Below are positions 24,433 to 37,678 of a stretch of DNA of 37,678 bases, in pieces (position 1 is the first letter of the stretch; the number at the start of each line of letters is the position of its first letter). The notes below the pieces were generated by a model. That model was not told the origin of the DNA and searched no databases. It worked only from the letters and a program-made list of their open reading frames with translations. The DNA lies in NCBI GenBank assembly GCA_001929475.1, contig LXFE01000207.1, positions 1 to 37,678 on the forward strand. Reading direction: 5' to 3'. Made by a program: the position numbers and the translations under genes. The stretch is from Neolecta irregularis DAH-3 (Eukaryota).

Positions 24433-25507
24433 ATGATGACACTGCTCAACCTCTTCAAAATATTTATTCGTCCCGTTCTCGATGATCCCAATTCTCGTAG
24501 GATATTCTTGTTTCTCATCCTGAATTTGTCCTTTATGTTCGTCCAGATGACGTATGGAATCATCACAAATTCACTAGGTCTGATTTCGGATTCCGTCCAT
24601 ATGCTGTTCGATTGTATTATCCCTCACGATCTTTTTAAGTTCATGTTAATTGAAATCAGGTATTGCACTAGCAATAGGTCTCTTAGCTTCACTTCTTTCC
24701 CATCGGCCAAAAGATTTGAAATATCCGCATGGGTTTTCTAAAGTCGAAACTCTCTCTGGTTTTGCAAACGGAGTATTTCTCATTTTAATCAGTGGAACCA
24801 TTATATTCGAAGCAGTTGGTCGGCTAAGAGAACCAGAAGAGATGAATACTGACAAATTACTGCTCGTCAGCATTATGGGCTTGATTGTCAATTTAATTGG
24901 TGTCGTTGGATTCGGACATGGACATGCCCATCATCATGGAGAGAACGAAGATTGCAATCATTCCCATGCACATTTGCATGCTCACTCAGTTCATTCTACT
25001 GACAAGCTTGCCGCAAAATTCTCGCCTGCTATTAGCCAATTCGACGATCATCACAGTTCACTCGCTCATAGCCATCACGAGCATGACCACCATGATCACA
25101 ATACACATGGGATCTTCCTACATATTTTGGCTGATACTCTCGGATCCTTAGGAGTCATAATTTCTACTTTACTGATCCATCGTTTTCATTGGCTTGGATT
25201 CGATCCTCTAGCCTCGATATTTATTGCCGTTCTCATATTCCTCTCTGTTCTTCCGCTTCTCTCGTCCTCCGCGAGCTCTCTCCTTTTAGTAAACAATGGA
25301 AAGATAGAGCACAATCTACGGGATGTTCTTCAGGACATTTCAGAGATGCACGGGGTAGCTGCAATCCAGAGAATGAGATTTTACAATGGCTGTGGAAGTC
25401 TTGTTATCAAAGTTACTGGGGAAACTGAAGGTGTTAGAAGGCTTGTTAGACGTCGGTTAGAAGACGTTGGATTCAAGCGCTGTGTTATTCAGGTCGAACG
25501 CCTTTAA
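24433..25507 (+). CDS. Cation diffusion facilitator zinc transporter (Msc2/Cis4/ZnT5-7 type, short form), 1 intron
   Basis: NSLGLISDSVHMLFDC, ETLSGFANGVFL, His-rich loop, GIFLHILADTLGS. Intron 24614-24659 restores FDC-IALAIGL. Confidence 0.9.
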
Positions 25508-25693
25508 ACTGGAGCCCTTGTATTCGCCTGTTTATCCTGTTCTGAAGTTGTAATAAATCTTGGCGTCTAGAAGGAAGGAAGGCGCTCTAGGTTGAAAATA
25601 TCACAACGTAGTTCATTAATCCTAAATATTTTTCCGCGATAATAATATATGAATATTTTCCCCAAACGACTCGATACGCCGCATAGAAAGAGA

Positions 25694-27735
25694 TCAAAGC
25701 AATCCTCTTCGTTCTTTTTCCATTCCCAACCAGACATACTGGGCTGGGTCATTAAAGTAGTAACTGCCAATCCTGGAATCATTTTCATGCGGACTTGGCA
25801 AGTCTTCCAGCTGGAAATACACATCTGGAAAACAGGCCTCAGTATTCCCTGCTACTGAAAGATTATCTAGAAATTCATACTTTGTAATTTCGTTTCTGGT
25901 CGATCAGTTACATAGGGCAAGCACAGCAACATACTCATCTTTAAGAAATCCAAGTTGCAAGGATGTTTTGCAAACTCGATCTCGAGCTGCTTTGACTGCT
26001 TCTCTCATTTCGGAAACCCAATGACATAACTCTCCTCTTGTTTGGAGGGTATCCTCGGCCCATTTGAGCTGTTGTTTTGCGTTCTCTAAACGGTGCCATT
26101 TCATCGTTCGAAGGAGAGTTGCCTGGACAGAAAGAAACACGACTCTTTCCAAATACTTTTGAGTAACTAGTGTGCAGTGGATTTGATATTCGCTTCGATA
26201 AATGTAAAGTTCTTGCTCCTCATGATTTTGAGTGATCGTAGGAAGAGCCGGGTGGGTATAAGACATCTTGATAACTGCAGCTAGTATTGGTTCTTCGGTT
26301 CGATCGAGCATTTCATTGATTTCAGCGAATATAGTCTGGAGCTGGGTTGTCGGTGATACTTGTACCTGAAGGAAGACTCGCACTGTCTCAAAGGGCGCCA
26401 GATCACCTTTTATCAGCATATAATAACAGGGAAGGCTTGGTTTACTGATCATTATCGTATCAGAGAGAAAACACTCCGTGCTAGTGATTACATTCGCAGC
26501 TATGAAGCCCTCCTCTAGCAAAACCTCTAACTGAATGTTTTGAAAAGGCTCAAAACCAACACCAGCGCTCGCGTAATGACAAACATGTCCAAGCGCTTCC
26601 AGTTCGTCACAGTTGATATATGCACCTCCATGAGCGCCGCTTCTGGATAACTTAAAGAGGTTTGGATCATTCTGAAGAGCTCCTATGCCGAGAGAAAAGA
26701 TACTGATTCCGTGTCGTGAAGCATCATGTTCGATGAACTCATCATTACCGTCAGTAAGAATAAAAATAGAGCTGTATCTATGGTTGGATACGCGAGAGGT
26801 ATTCAACCTTTCGATTGCCTTACGGATAGCACGATCGAGACCAGGTCTGTCTCCAAGGCTGGCTGTCGTACCTTCGATTGTTTCCACCGCCATATCTTTA
26901 ACCTCGTCGGTAGCAAATGCAGGTTTAAATATCTCGGATGACATGGTTGGGCCATATGTCATAATTCCGAAAGTATCGCAATCATTAAAAGAAGTGAGCA
27001 GTTGCCGCAATACATGCTTCGAATAAGAAAAGAAAGGAGAAATGCTATCTGAGATATCCCAGAGAATGACAGCGTCAAGACCTAGTCGTATTGGAAGTCG
27101 ATCTGAAGGATAATTGGCTGTTAGAGAGATCATTGCCATAAGCGGGCCACCCTGCGATGGGACATATGCTGACTCGGCCGATACCTCAATTGAAAGACAA
27201 GGTTGAATGGGTATAACAGGCCTTGCTAGGTATGTATTTTTGGTTTTTGGTCGACTTCTCGGTGACCTTAGGCTGGAAAGACTGAGAGTTCTGGCCAATT
27301 TACTTCTGGTCTTTATCGGAGGTGGAAGCGGCATGCTCGCGGGGAGCTGTCGTCTCGGTGTTTCTAATGCTTGGATTATCTCTTTCCTAGACTCAATTCT
27401 CAAGTTGTCAAAGTTCCGCCCCATTCTTTTTTCTGGATACGAACTCTTTTTACCCGTGATTCGACTCCCACAAATAAGACAAAACTGACGTTTGAGACAA
27501 TACCAAAGGTAAACAAACGCACGTTAGATGATAGACATCGATGATGTAGACGATGACGACAGGGAACAGTAATAATTGCCTCTGTTATGTCATCTAGCGG
27601 ACATCCACAGACATGGCAAAGGGTTGACTTGGAATAGCAAGTTTGACTGATATCAAAGACAGGTAATGAGACATTAGGATGAGCCTGACCATTGTGTAAA
27701 GATAACAATGATAACTTCAGGTCGATATCGGACAT
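25694..27735 (-). CDS. RING-H2 finger plus von Willebrand A domain protein (putative E3 ligase or scaffold), 3 introns
   Basis: Splicing 27485-27522 completes CHVC...CRHRLHHRC...CLIC (C3H2C3). vWA motifs DAVILWDISDS (DxSxS), IFILTDG and ISIFSLGIG. Further introns 26407-26445 and about 25896-25934. Stop TGA at 25694-25696. Confidence 0.8.
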
Positions 27736-29077
27736 AGTGCCCAAGCAATGGAGATTATATTAGAATGCGAAAGCAAAAGTCTCAAACAGTGCGCGATAGG
27801 TTTTCGATAGTAGTTAACATTTGTCTATGTTTTTAGATCCTTGATACTCAAATCCCTTGCAACAGGATTAAAAGGAGTTAAATATTGCTCACACACGGAG
27901 AAAACTTAGAAACCACGAGCGAGCACTTTGCATGGTTGAGTATTTACAGGTTTTTCTGGGTAATATGAACAGCATACGCTGCTGCAATATTAATGTGTTA
28001 TTTTTTTTAGTCTCCACTAGTGAATCGTAATGCAAAGCTGGAACTGCTTTTCTACTGTAGTATCTCCTTAAAATCATATCTCATACTTTTTCAATAGAAT
28101 CAAGATAAATATAGTCATTCAACAGCTTGAGTTGCGAGAAAAAGTGATAGCTCACCATATGATCATAACTGTATACCAGAATCTAAATTTTCTTCGGCAT
28201 TCGTACAAAATATTGTTTCTTCATTCCGAACAATGATCAAGTTTCTTGGTGGTATTATGTTGTAGGCGCAGCGCTCCGATGGACCCTAGGAGAGCTCGCC
28301 CCTGGCACCTACCTCGCGATTCTTGCTTGTCTTTCAAAATTCCAGTCAGTGAAACAACGGCGATATCTAGAAATATTATCGCGGACACCAACGAAACGTA
28401 TTCAAGGAAGCGATTGAATATATTTTCTCCCATTGGAGAAACCTCATCAAGAGATACCGTACTGTTACAAGCTGGAACAAGTCGCAAAGACTACACCAGA
28501 CTTGCTTAGTATATACATTTTTCCTGCAAAACTGGTGACAGTCTTTTTCAACGCATGTTAGAAGACACACGGGAATGGCTACAGTCCTCTTTGATTCGGA
28601 GGATACCGCACCTGACAAGGGGTGTTTCTAGCGGCGACAATCCGGCTATGTTATTGTGCAGTGATAGACTGCGTGAAACAGAGCCACTGGGCTGTCAATC
28701 AACCCTCTTAAACTTGTGAACACTTGACATGGTGCTATTTCCACCAAATTGGAATTTAACTACGAGGTGACAACATCGCGAGAAATTATGAGAATGTCTC
28801 AGTCACAATCTCATCATGGGGCAGTTATATTTTCACTTGAAGGGCATAAACCCATGGAACCGACGTTGTGAATACTTGGCTGATCCCTTGAGGACCCTGG
28901 ATAGCCACCTGCGTCGAGAGTAAAATATTTTGCATGATATGAAAGGCTGTGAGACGAAAATCATCTTTTGTCTCAGACCGTCTATGGTATTTTCTTGTCC
29001 CTCATTTTAGGTGTACAGAATAAAGAAATCGTCCAGCCCTCGATTTTCATCTTGAAATCCTCTTCCTGTTTGCAAAT

Positions 29078-30845
29078 ATGGTTCAAGAGCAGACGTCATG
29101 GCTGGTGTACTTCTGTGCTCTATTTGCTTCCATTGGAGGGTATACCACTTTCTCGTTCATTTACCGACATCTAGACTTATTTTTGGATTCGATGTTGGTT
29201 CTATATCAGGTCTTCTCAACATGCAAGACTCAAAAGACAGATTTGGGTATTTGAAAGCTTTCATCTATCTTAATTGGAAATAGTGATGTCCCGGACAAAG
29301 CTCATCCTGGACACTTTGACTTCGGAGATTTCCGAACTGGTATAATAGTAGGTGCCTTTTCTGTGGGAACCTTCCTCGGATGCATGATCGGTGGGCCCTC
29401 GGCAGATAGGTTAGGTAGACGCAAGGCTCTTATCCTTTGGAGCGCGATATATGCCGTCGGTGTTGTCATTCAAGTATTGCTCACAATCTTGGACGACAAA
29501 TCTGATTGCCAGTTCTTCTCCGTCGATAAATGGTTCCAGATTGCTATTGGACGTTTCGTCTCAGGTTTAGGAGTTGGATCCCTCAGTGTCCTTGTACCGC
29601 TTTACACCAGTGAACTAGCACCCAAGAAAATCAGAGGGATTCTGGTCGCGACTTTGCAACTGACTTTCACTTTTGGAATATTCCTCTCGTATATTGTTAA
29701 CTGGGCAACAAAACAGAGACAAGGTGCAACTCAGTGGCGTATTCCAATTAGCTTGTGTCTATTTTGGGCCGCCGTTCTTGGTATTGGAATGTGTTTTGTT
29801 CCTGAAGCTCCCAGACAGCTCTACATGGATGGAAAGTACGACGAATGTAAAAAGGTTCTTGCAAAAATTCGTGGCCTCACTTCGGATGAAAATCTGGTTC
29901 AAGAAGACTACAATGATCTTGAAAAGACGATAGAAACTGAACAAAAGTCTGGGAAAGGTTCCTGGAAGGAGTGTTTTACCGGTGAACCACGTATGTGTTA
30001 TCGGACCGTTCTCGGAATGACCATTCAATCTGTGGGGCAACTCTCTGGCGCTAGTTTCTTCTGGTGTATCCCTATCAATTCTCCATTTTCAAACTGATTG
30101 AAAAGATTACGGCGTAAATCTATTTTCAACCATTGGTATGGGAGATGCATTTGTCACCCAGATCACCATCGGAGGCCTTCTCTTCTTCAGTACCATTGGT
30201 GTTGTCTTCCTCATAGACCGATACGGACGACGAAACTGTCTCTTCTGGGGGGCCGCTTGGTGCTCTGTTATGCTGGTTATCTTTTCAACTTTGGGTCTCA
30301 ATATGACACAGAATGACGGAACAAACAATCCCAAGATTGCATCCGCAATGATCTGTATGCATTGTCTTGAATTTCTTGTCTAATCTGTAGGCTTTGTTTG
30401 CCTCTATATTCTTGGTTATGCTACAACTTGGGGGCCTTGCGCTTTCGTCGTCATCTCCGAAACATATCCTTTCCACCTTCGAGCCAGGTGCATGTCCATT
30501 GCTACTGGTTGCTCCTGGCTGTGGAATATTTTCATCGCTCTCTTCTCTAAAGCGATTCTCAACAAAATTAAGTATTCATATGGATTCCTCTTCGCTGGAG
30601 CCAATATAATTGGATGCATCACTGTTTACTTCTTTCTCTACGAAACCAAGGCTCTTACTCTTGAACAAGTCAATGAAATGTACATGGAACCTAAGCTAAA
30701 GCCATGGCAATCACACCGATGGATTCCGGCACGAGGAGAAATGAAGCAAAATAAAACAGCTAATTCGCTTCCATCTTCCTCTCGAAACTCCCTCGACTTG
30801 AGCTATACTGATATGGAACTTGAGAAAGTTGTATCAGAAAATTAG
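29078..30845 (+). CDS. MFS sugar porter (hexose transporter-like), 5 introns
   Basis: FASIGGLIFGFDVGSISG, ADRLGRR, GRFVSGLGVG, ELAPKKIRG, VPEAPR, IDRYGRR, WGPCAFVVISETYP and YETKALTLEQV. Confidence 0.92.
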
Positions 30846-31241
30846 CTAGAAAGAAACTAGGTATATCTTGGGATATAGGATTCCGTTAAAGTTGTGTTCT
30901 GCTGGCGGGATTACATTATCTTTCAGAACAATTTGTGTTTTTTACCCTCCAAAAGGATTTCTTTTTGTAATATAGTTAGAATGAGCTTGAGAGATGGATT
31001 AGTTGAAGCTGCGTTCGGCAACCACCAAAAAGAAATATCATGGTATTCTCAAATCGGGAAATATGATATTCTTTATGGAAGATTTCGCAGCGATGAGCGA
31101 TTTTATCGGGTCCTCGTCCTCCCAAATTCTTCAAGAAAGAAAAACTGGTCCACACCTGTTTTTTTATTTTTGCGATGACACCTGAGAGAAATCACCTAAG
31201 TCCCTCTCCCGCAACACCCACAACATAAAGTCGAAAATAGA

Positions 31242-31435
31242 TTTGGTGCATGCCAAACGTGTTGGATGGGGATATTATAAAAATAATTACATATATTGTA
31301 CTTTTATGTAGTGTACCAAACACGCGATTAAAATTTGAATTCGAAGAATTGCCAAATTCTATAAAATTTGGTGCGCACCAAACGCGCGCTTAAAATTGGA
31401 ATTCAAAGAATTGCCAGATTTCCAGAAATTTGTCA
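31242..31435. repeat. Degenerate ~62-bp tandem repeat (3 copies) with a palindromic core
   Basis: CCAAAC recurs at 31253, 31316 and 31378. Copies 2 and 3 align closely (ACCAAACaCGCGatTAAAATTtGAATTCgAAGAATTGCCA vs ACCAAACgCGCGctTAAAATTgGAATTCaAAGAATTGCCA). Perfect 16-bp palindrome TTTGGTGCGCACCAAA at 31367-31382. Confidence 0.8.
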
Positions 31436-32610
31436 ATATGCATCTGGTCACGACATTCCACTTTCTCACAGACCATTTGAAGATGATTCTTCTTGTTACG
31501 ACAGTGTCTTACTGGCTTGACGCCCGCGGTCGCCAGTCTACCTCCAGGCTCAGTGCAATTTGTGCCACCTCAGGCGTCTTTTGTGCGATCTTATCTAGAC
31601 AAAAGGCCTGGAAAAAGAAAGGCTGTACGAGATATTTCACGATTAAGTTTCTCGTGAAAATCTCCTAATATCTATGAAGCTCTCCTCGACGCACTTTCGA
31701 ATATGACAAAATTAAAGAAACGGCGTCTTCCTAAAGCGACAAGACAAATCAGAAGAGAACAGTCACATCGATTTAATTTCATTGTTTGGAGCTTAAGAAC
31801 GACACGTGTGCCTGCCAAGCCAACATCTTTTGTGAATCACTGTCTTTAAAGCGTCTATGGACTGGTTATAGAATATGACATCAGTAGAAATATCACGAGG
31901 AGAGCAACTACTGTGAGAACTCGAATTTCTCAAGCTTCAGTAATTGATATCATCATTGAGGCGATTGGAGAAGGCTACGGGAAGATTGTAGTATCTTTCG
32001 AGATCATGACAGGAATTTGTATGTAATCTCAACTCCATCAATACATATGTTCTTTTCAATAGCTTTCATTTGACTTTAGTCCCCCATGGCATGTAAATCG
32101 CCAATATCAAAGAATGGCACCCTGATATCAACTGAGTAGGCATAACTAATCGCATCTGTGAGGTATTCCTTCAATTCTCAACCATTCCCGGTATCTACAA
32201 ACAACGACGATTGCTTTGATCGTTGAAACAAAACAAATACATGCTGAGGCACATATAATAATATGAATCCATTAAGGAGCTACGATAAAATCCTATTGTG
32301 TTTTTCTCCTAGAGATGTCTTTAGAAATACTGATAATCTCGAGATAAAATTTTAGGTCAGAATAACATGTGTACGTAACACAGGGTTGTGATTGTGGAGT
32401 TTCCAAGATATGACGTAGCTTGCGAAAAACCCCCCATAGTTAGATTCTGAGTTTTATGATTTATAGTAGTCAGACAAAAGCCAAAAAACAAAAACAAGAG
32501 ACTTTAAATGTCCTTCCATGACATATGTAACGATAAATAGAGACAATAAGATAACAGAGAACGTCAAACCGAAGATGAGGAGTGATGAAGAACACATCCA
32601 ATCCCTGATA

Positions 32611-33694
32611 TCATATATCAAATGGTGGTGCCGTGACAGAAGTGGACGTGGGTTTATTTACGTTTTCCGTATACAAGTTGTTGAAATTTCCTGGTGGGGA
32701 GTATTCGCAGACTAAATGATAACGTCCAACTGGGGAACTACCACAAGATGTCACCCAAGCACAGCCCAATTGCGTAGTACTTTGCCAGACTCTAGGAAAA
32801 TGAGCGCGATTTCAGACAATGAGAAACTTACACTTGAGTAAAATGACCTGTCACTCCACTACCAGTACTCGTGTCAAAATTCCAGTTTTTAATCTCTGCA
32901 TACCACATCCAGACATAAAATGCAGGATTATTACCGGATCCAGCTGCAAGATTTTCCCCATAGATGTTGTTCGAGGTATGTGCAAACCCGCACGTTTCCG
33001 CATTCTTCATAGCAGCAGCAGCTAATGTAGCTGACCAAGTCAACGCTGGAGCATTGTGGAGCGCTCGATATTTGTTATGCTCGGTCAGAATGGTCTGTTG
33101 AATGCTGATCGGGGTTGTAGGCAAGGCTGTATGTGAGGCTGTATGTGAGGCTGAATGCTTGACTGTATGCGAGGCTGAATGCTCGGCTGTATGAGAGGCT
33201 GATTGCTTGACTGTATGCGAGGCTGAATGCTCGGCTGTATGTGAGGCTGATTGCTTGACTGTATGCGAGGCTGAATGCTCGGCTGTATGTGAGGCTGAAG
33301 GCTTGACTGTATGCGAGGCTGAATGCTCGGCTGTATGTGAGGCTGAATGTTTGGCTGTATGTGAGGCTGTGTGCTCTGTTGTATGCTTGGCTGTATGTGA
33401 GGTTGTCGACAACGTTGCCGACTTGGGAAACGGACAAGTGATGCCGTCTTTTTTCACCGAGCAGAAGTTCCAAAGCTTTTCACACACCAAGTTAAAGTAA
33501 TTAGTACAACTTCCGATGTCGTCCTGCTTTCTTGACGCATGACAGGTATTAACAATCATGAGACACCGTTCAACCGCAAAACAACACTGAGCGTTAGAAG
33601 ATGTTGCATTGAGGTGGTAAGAGTCGTAGGGAGGTAAATTTAATGAGGTGGCAACCAAAGCAAGAAGCGAAATCGCAACAATGGAAATCTTCAT
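32611..33694 (-). CDS. Secreted CAP/SCP/PR-1 family protein with an N-terminal 8-Cys domain and a His/Ser/Ala repeat linker, 1 intron
   Basis: Signal peptide MKISIVAISLLALVATS. CAP motifs HNKYRALHNAPALTWS, YGENLA, WYAE, GHFTQVVWQSTTQLGCA (after intron 32792-32831) and VCEYSPPGN. Stop TGA at 32611-32613. Confidence 0.92.
33125..33400 (-). repeat. Coding minisatellite: 23 x 12-bp units with 24-bp and 48-bp higher-order periods
   Basis: Plus-strand units GGCTGTATGTGA / GGCTGAATGCTC and variants encode (SHTAEHSA-SHTVKxSA)n. Confidence 0.92.
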
Positions 33695-34059
33695 ACTGAG
33701 AAAGATATATATGTTAAGCGGGCAATCCTTTAAATAGAAAGACAGATGAGAAAGCTGAAATCGGACGTTTTTCTGCAAGCGGATTCATTCAAAGGCACAT
33801 CTCCGAATACGAAACGAATGTCCCATATGCGGCAATCGAAATATTCTGGTGGCTTGTTAAAACTGTTTCTGCTTTTGGCAGAGCGAGTGCCGAAAAATGT
33901 TTCGGCTGAGAATATGCAATAGTGGTGGATCAACAAAGTTGACAAGACGCGTGTGAAAGAAATTTTTGTCCGATAAGCCACATATACTAAATCATACAAA
34001 ATGGAACGGGTGAACGAGCAAGAAAGACATCGCCCAAAAAAATGCCGCTGGAAGAACGA

Positions 34060-36528
<2,469 letters not shown>

Positions 36529-36588
36529 GTTTAGTGAATTGTGTTGGAGAAGTGTGGTTGGGTTAGGGTTTTTCCACCTCCAACGTCT
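36529..36588. promoter_or_regulatory. 60-bp divergent intergenic region between the NCL1 and LCP5 start codons
   Basis: NCL1 ATG at 36528 (minus strand) and LCP5 ATG at 36589 (plus strand). Confidence 0.7.
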
Positions 36589-37445
36589 ATGGACGACCAA
36601 TTTCTGCAAACCATATCTGATTCGCTTTCTTCGATCTCGACGTCTTTGCCGGTACCAGAGGACACTAGAAATGGAATATCTTTACTGATACTTAAAAACG
36701 ATCTCCACCTTTCATATCTCCAAAACCTTGTTTTTCTCATTCTGCTGCGACTTCGTGGCGAGGAGATACAAGATCACCCTGTTGTATGGCAATTGATTGA
36801 AAATCGCGTCTGGATAGAACGCGGGATAAATCCCTTGGAGACAAAGCTTCGTTATAGTATTGAAAAACTGTTGAAAGCCGCCGAGAAGAGAGATATCGTG
36901 AATGGTGTTTTTGCAAATTTTCTAAATGCTAATCCGTAGAAACCCCTGATGCCCTCTTGTACAAGCCGAACCCATCTGCTCTAGTATCCCAAGTTGCAGA
37001 TTCTGCAGAAACAGAAACAGTATATCGCCCGCCCAAGATCAGCAGCATGGCTCCTCCGACCTCTGCTCCCCGTCCAAGGAAGAACCGGCTCGTGTCCGAC
37101 TTTATCGATGCGGAGCTTTCCCACGCGCCGATTGAGGAGCCTAGTATCGGGTCCCACCGATCACGCATGTCGACTAAAGAACGTCGTGACCAAGATAATC
37201 GCAAGAGATATGAAGAAGATAATTTCATACGATTACCCGAGGAGAAAAAGAAGAAGAGAAGAGCTCAAGGCCTTGACGACTTTGATGTGGATATAGGTGG
37301 ACCTTACAACTTTGAACAACAACCATCTCTTGCAGAAAAAAGCCGAAAGACCAACGAGGGTTCCAAAACCGCTACAAGAATCGGAGCGGCATTTAATAAA
37401 CGCAGAAAGACGCTTGATAATCGAAAGAAACGGAAAAATAAATAG
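36589..37445 (+). CDS. LCP5: U3 snoRNP protein Lcp5/neuroguidin (Sas10/Utp3/C1D family), 1 intron
   Basis: NGISLLILKNDLHLSYLQNLVFLIL, ENRVWIERGINPLETKLRYSIEKLL, LYKPNP, VYRPPKI and YEEDNFIRLP. Intron 36905-36939. Confidence 0.9.
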
Positions 37446-37664
37446 TAGACCTTTTGTCGTGTATTAACTCACAAATTAGAAGGAAAATAGATTTTGTAGG
37501 TGATGTTGTAGGTACGTAAAGACAAATCACATTTATTCCTCCCTATCCCGGAACAAAAAAGGAAAAGGAAAATGCCAATATTATTCCGCCAAGAGAACGA
37601 GAACGAGGAAAAAAAGGAGAAAGAAAACATATGTATGCCGTGCCACAAATAAAACAAGAATGAA

Positions 37665-37678
37665 ACCCCCCCCCCCCC
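37665..37678 (+). repeat. Poly-C run at the window end, preceded by a purine-rich low-complexity tract
   Basis: Homopolymer of about 13-14 C terminates the sequence. GA-rich tract about 37550-37630. Confidence 0.85.

Noticed and set aside
5168-25507. Golgi functional cluster (SUR1, VRG4, zinc CDF, LAA1)
   Set aside because: The genes are interspersed with unrelated housekeeping genes over 25 kb. Co-occurrence is plausible by chance without synteny data.
31242-31435. CRISPR-like look (palindromic repeats at regular ~62-bp spacing)
   Set aside because: The intervening sequences are themselves homologous rather than unique spacers, the context is eukaryotic, and no cas genes are present.
33207-33500. 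Antisense ORF with metallothionein-like VCEAEC repeats
   Set aside because: It is the reverse complement of the CAP-gene minisatellite. It starts at TTG, and being open is a by-product of the repeat.

Overview
Eukaryotic (fungal) genomic DNA, very gene-dense, with about 70 mostly 31-45 nt spliceosomal introns. The compactness, micro-introns, TSC2 and a short Cis4-type zinc transporter suggest an early-diverging ascomycete (Taphrinomycotina, possibly Neolecta-like; this is inference only). Splicing the ORF fragments by hand gives 14 apparently intact protein genes: HEATR5/LAA1 (5'-truncated), MIPC synthase SUR1-like, a PY-motif membrane protein, Pumilio/PUF3, TSC2, CSE1, MTO1, VRG4, a CDF zinc transporter, a RING-H2/vWA protein, a sugar porter, a Cys-rich/His-repeat CAP protein, NCL1/TRM4 and LCP5. 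A small spliced RCF3-like gene, absent from the ORF track, carries a frameshift and a stop. The most notable signal is the splicing code. Donors are highly degenerate: conserved motifs require one GA-AG intron (MTO1) and three GC-AG introns (CSE1, MTO1, VRG4), and AAG/GAG acceptors are common. Other highlights are a divergent NCL1/LCP5 pair with only 60 bp between start codons, a sugar porter with four substituted ligand-binding residues, a 62-bp palindrome-bearing tandem repeat, and a strong C-skew at the window start. No rRNA, tRNA, CRISPR or intact transposon was recognised. All exon boundaries are manual predictions without transcript evidence.
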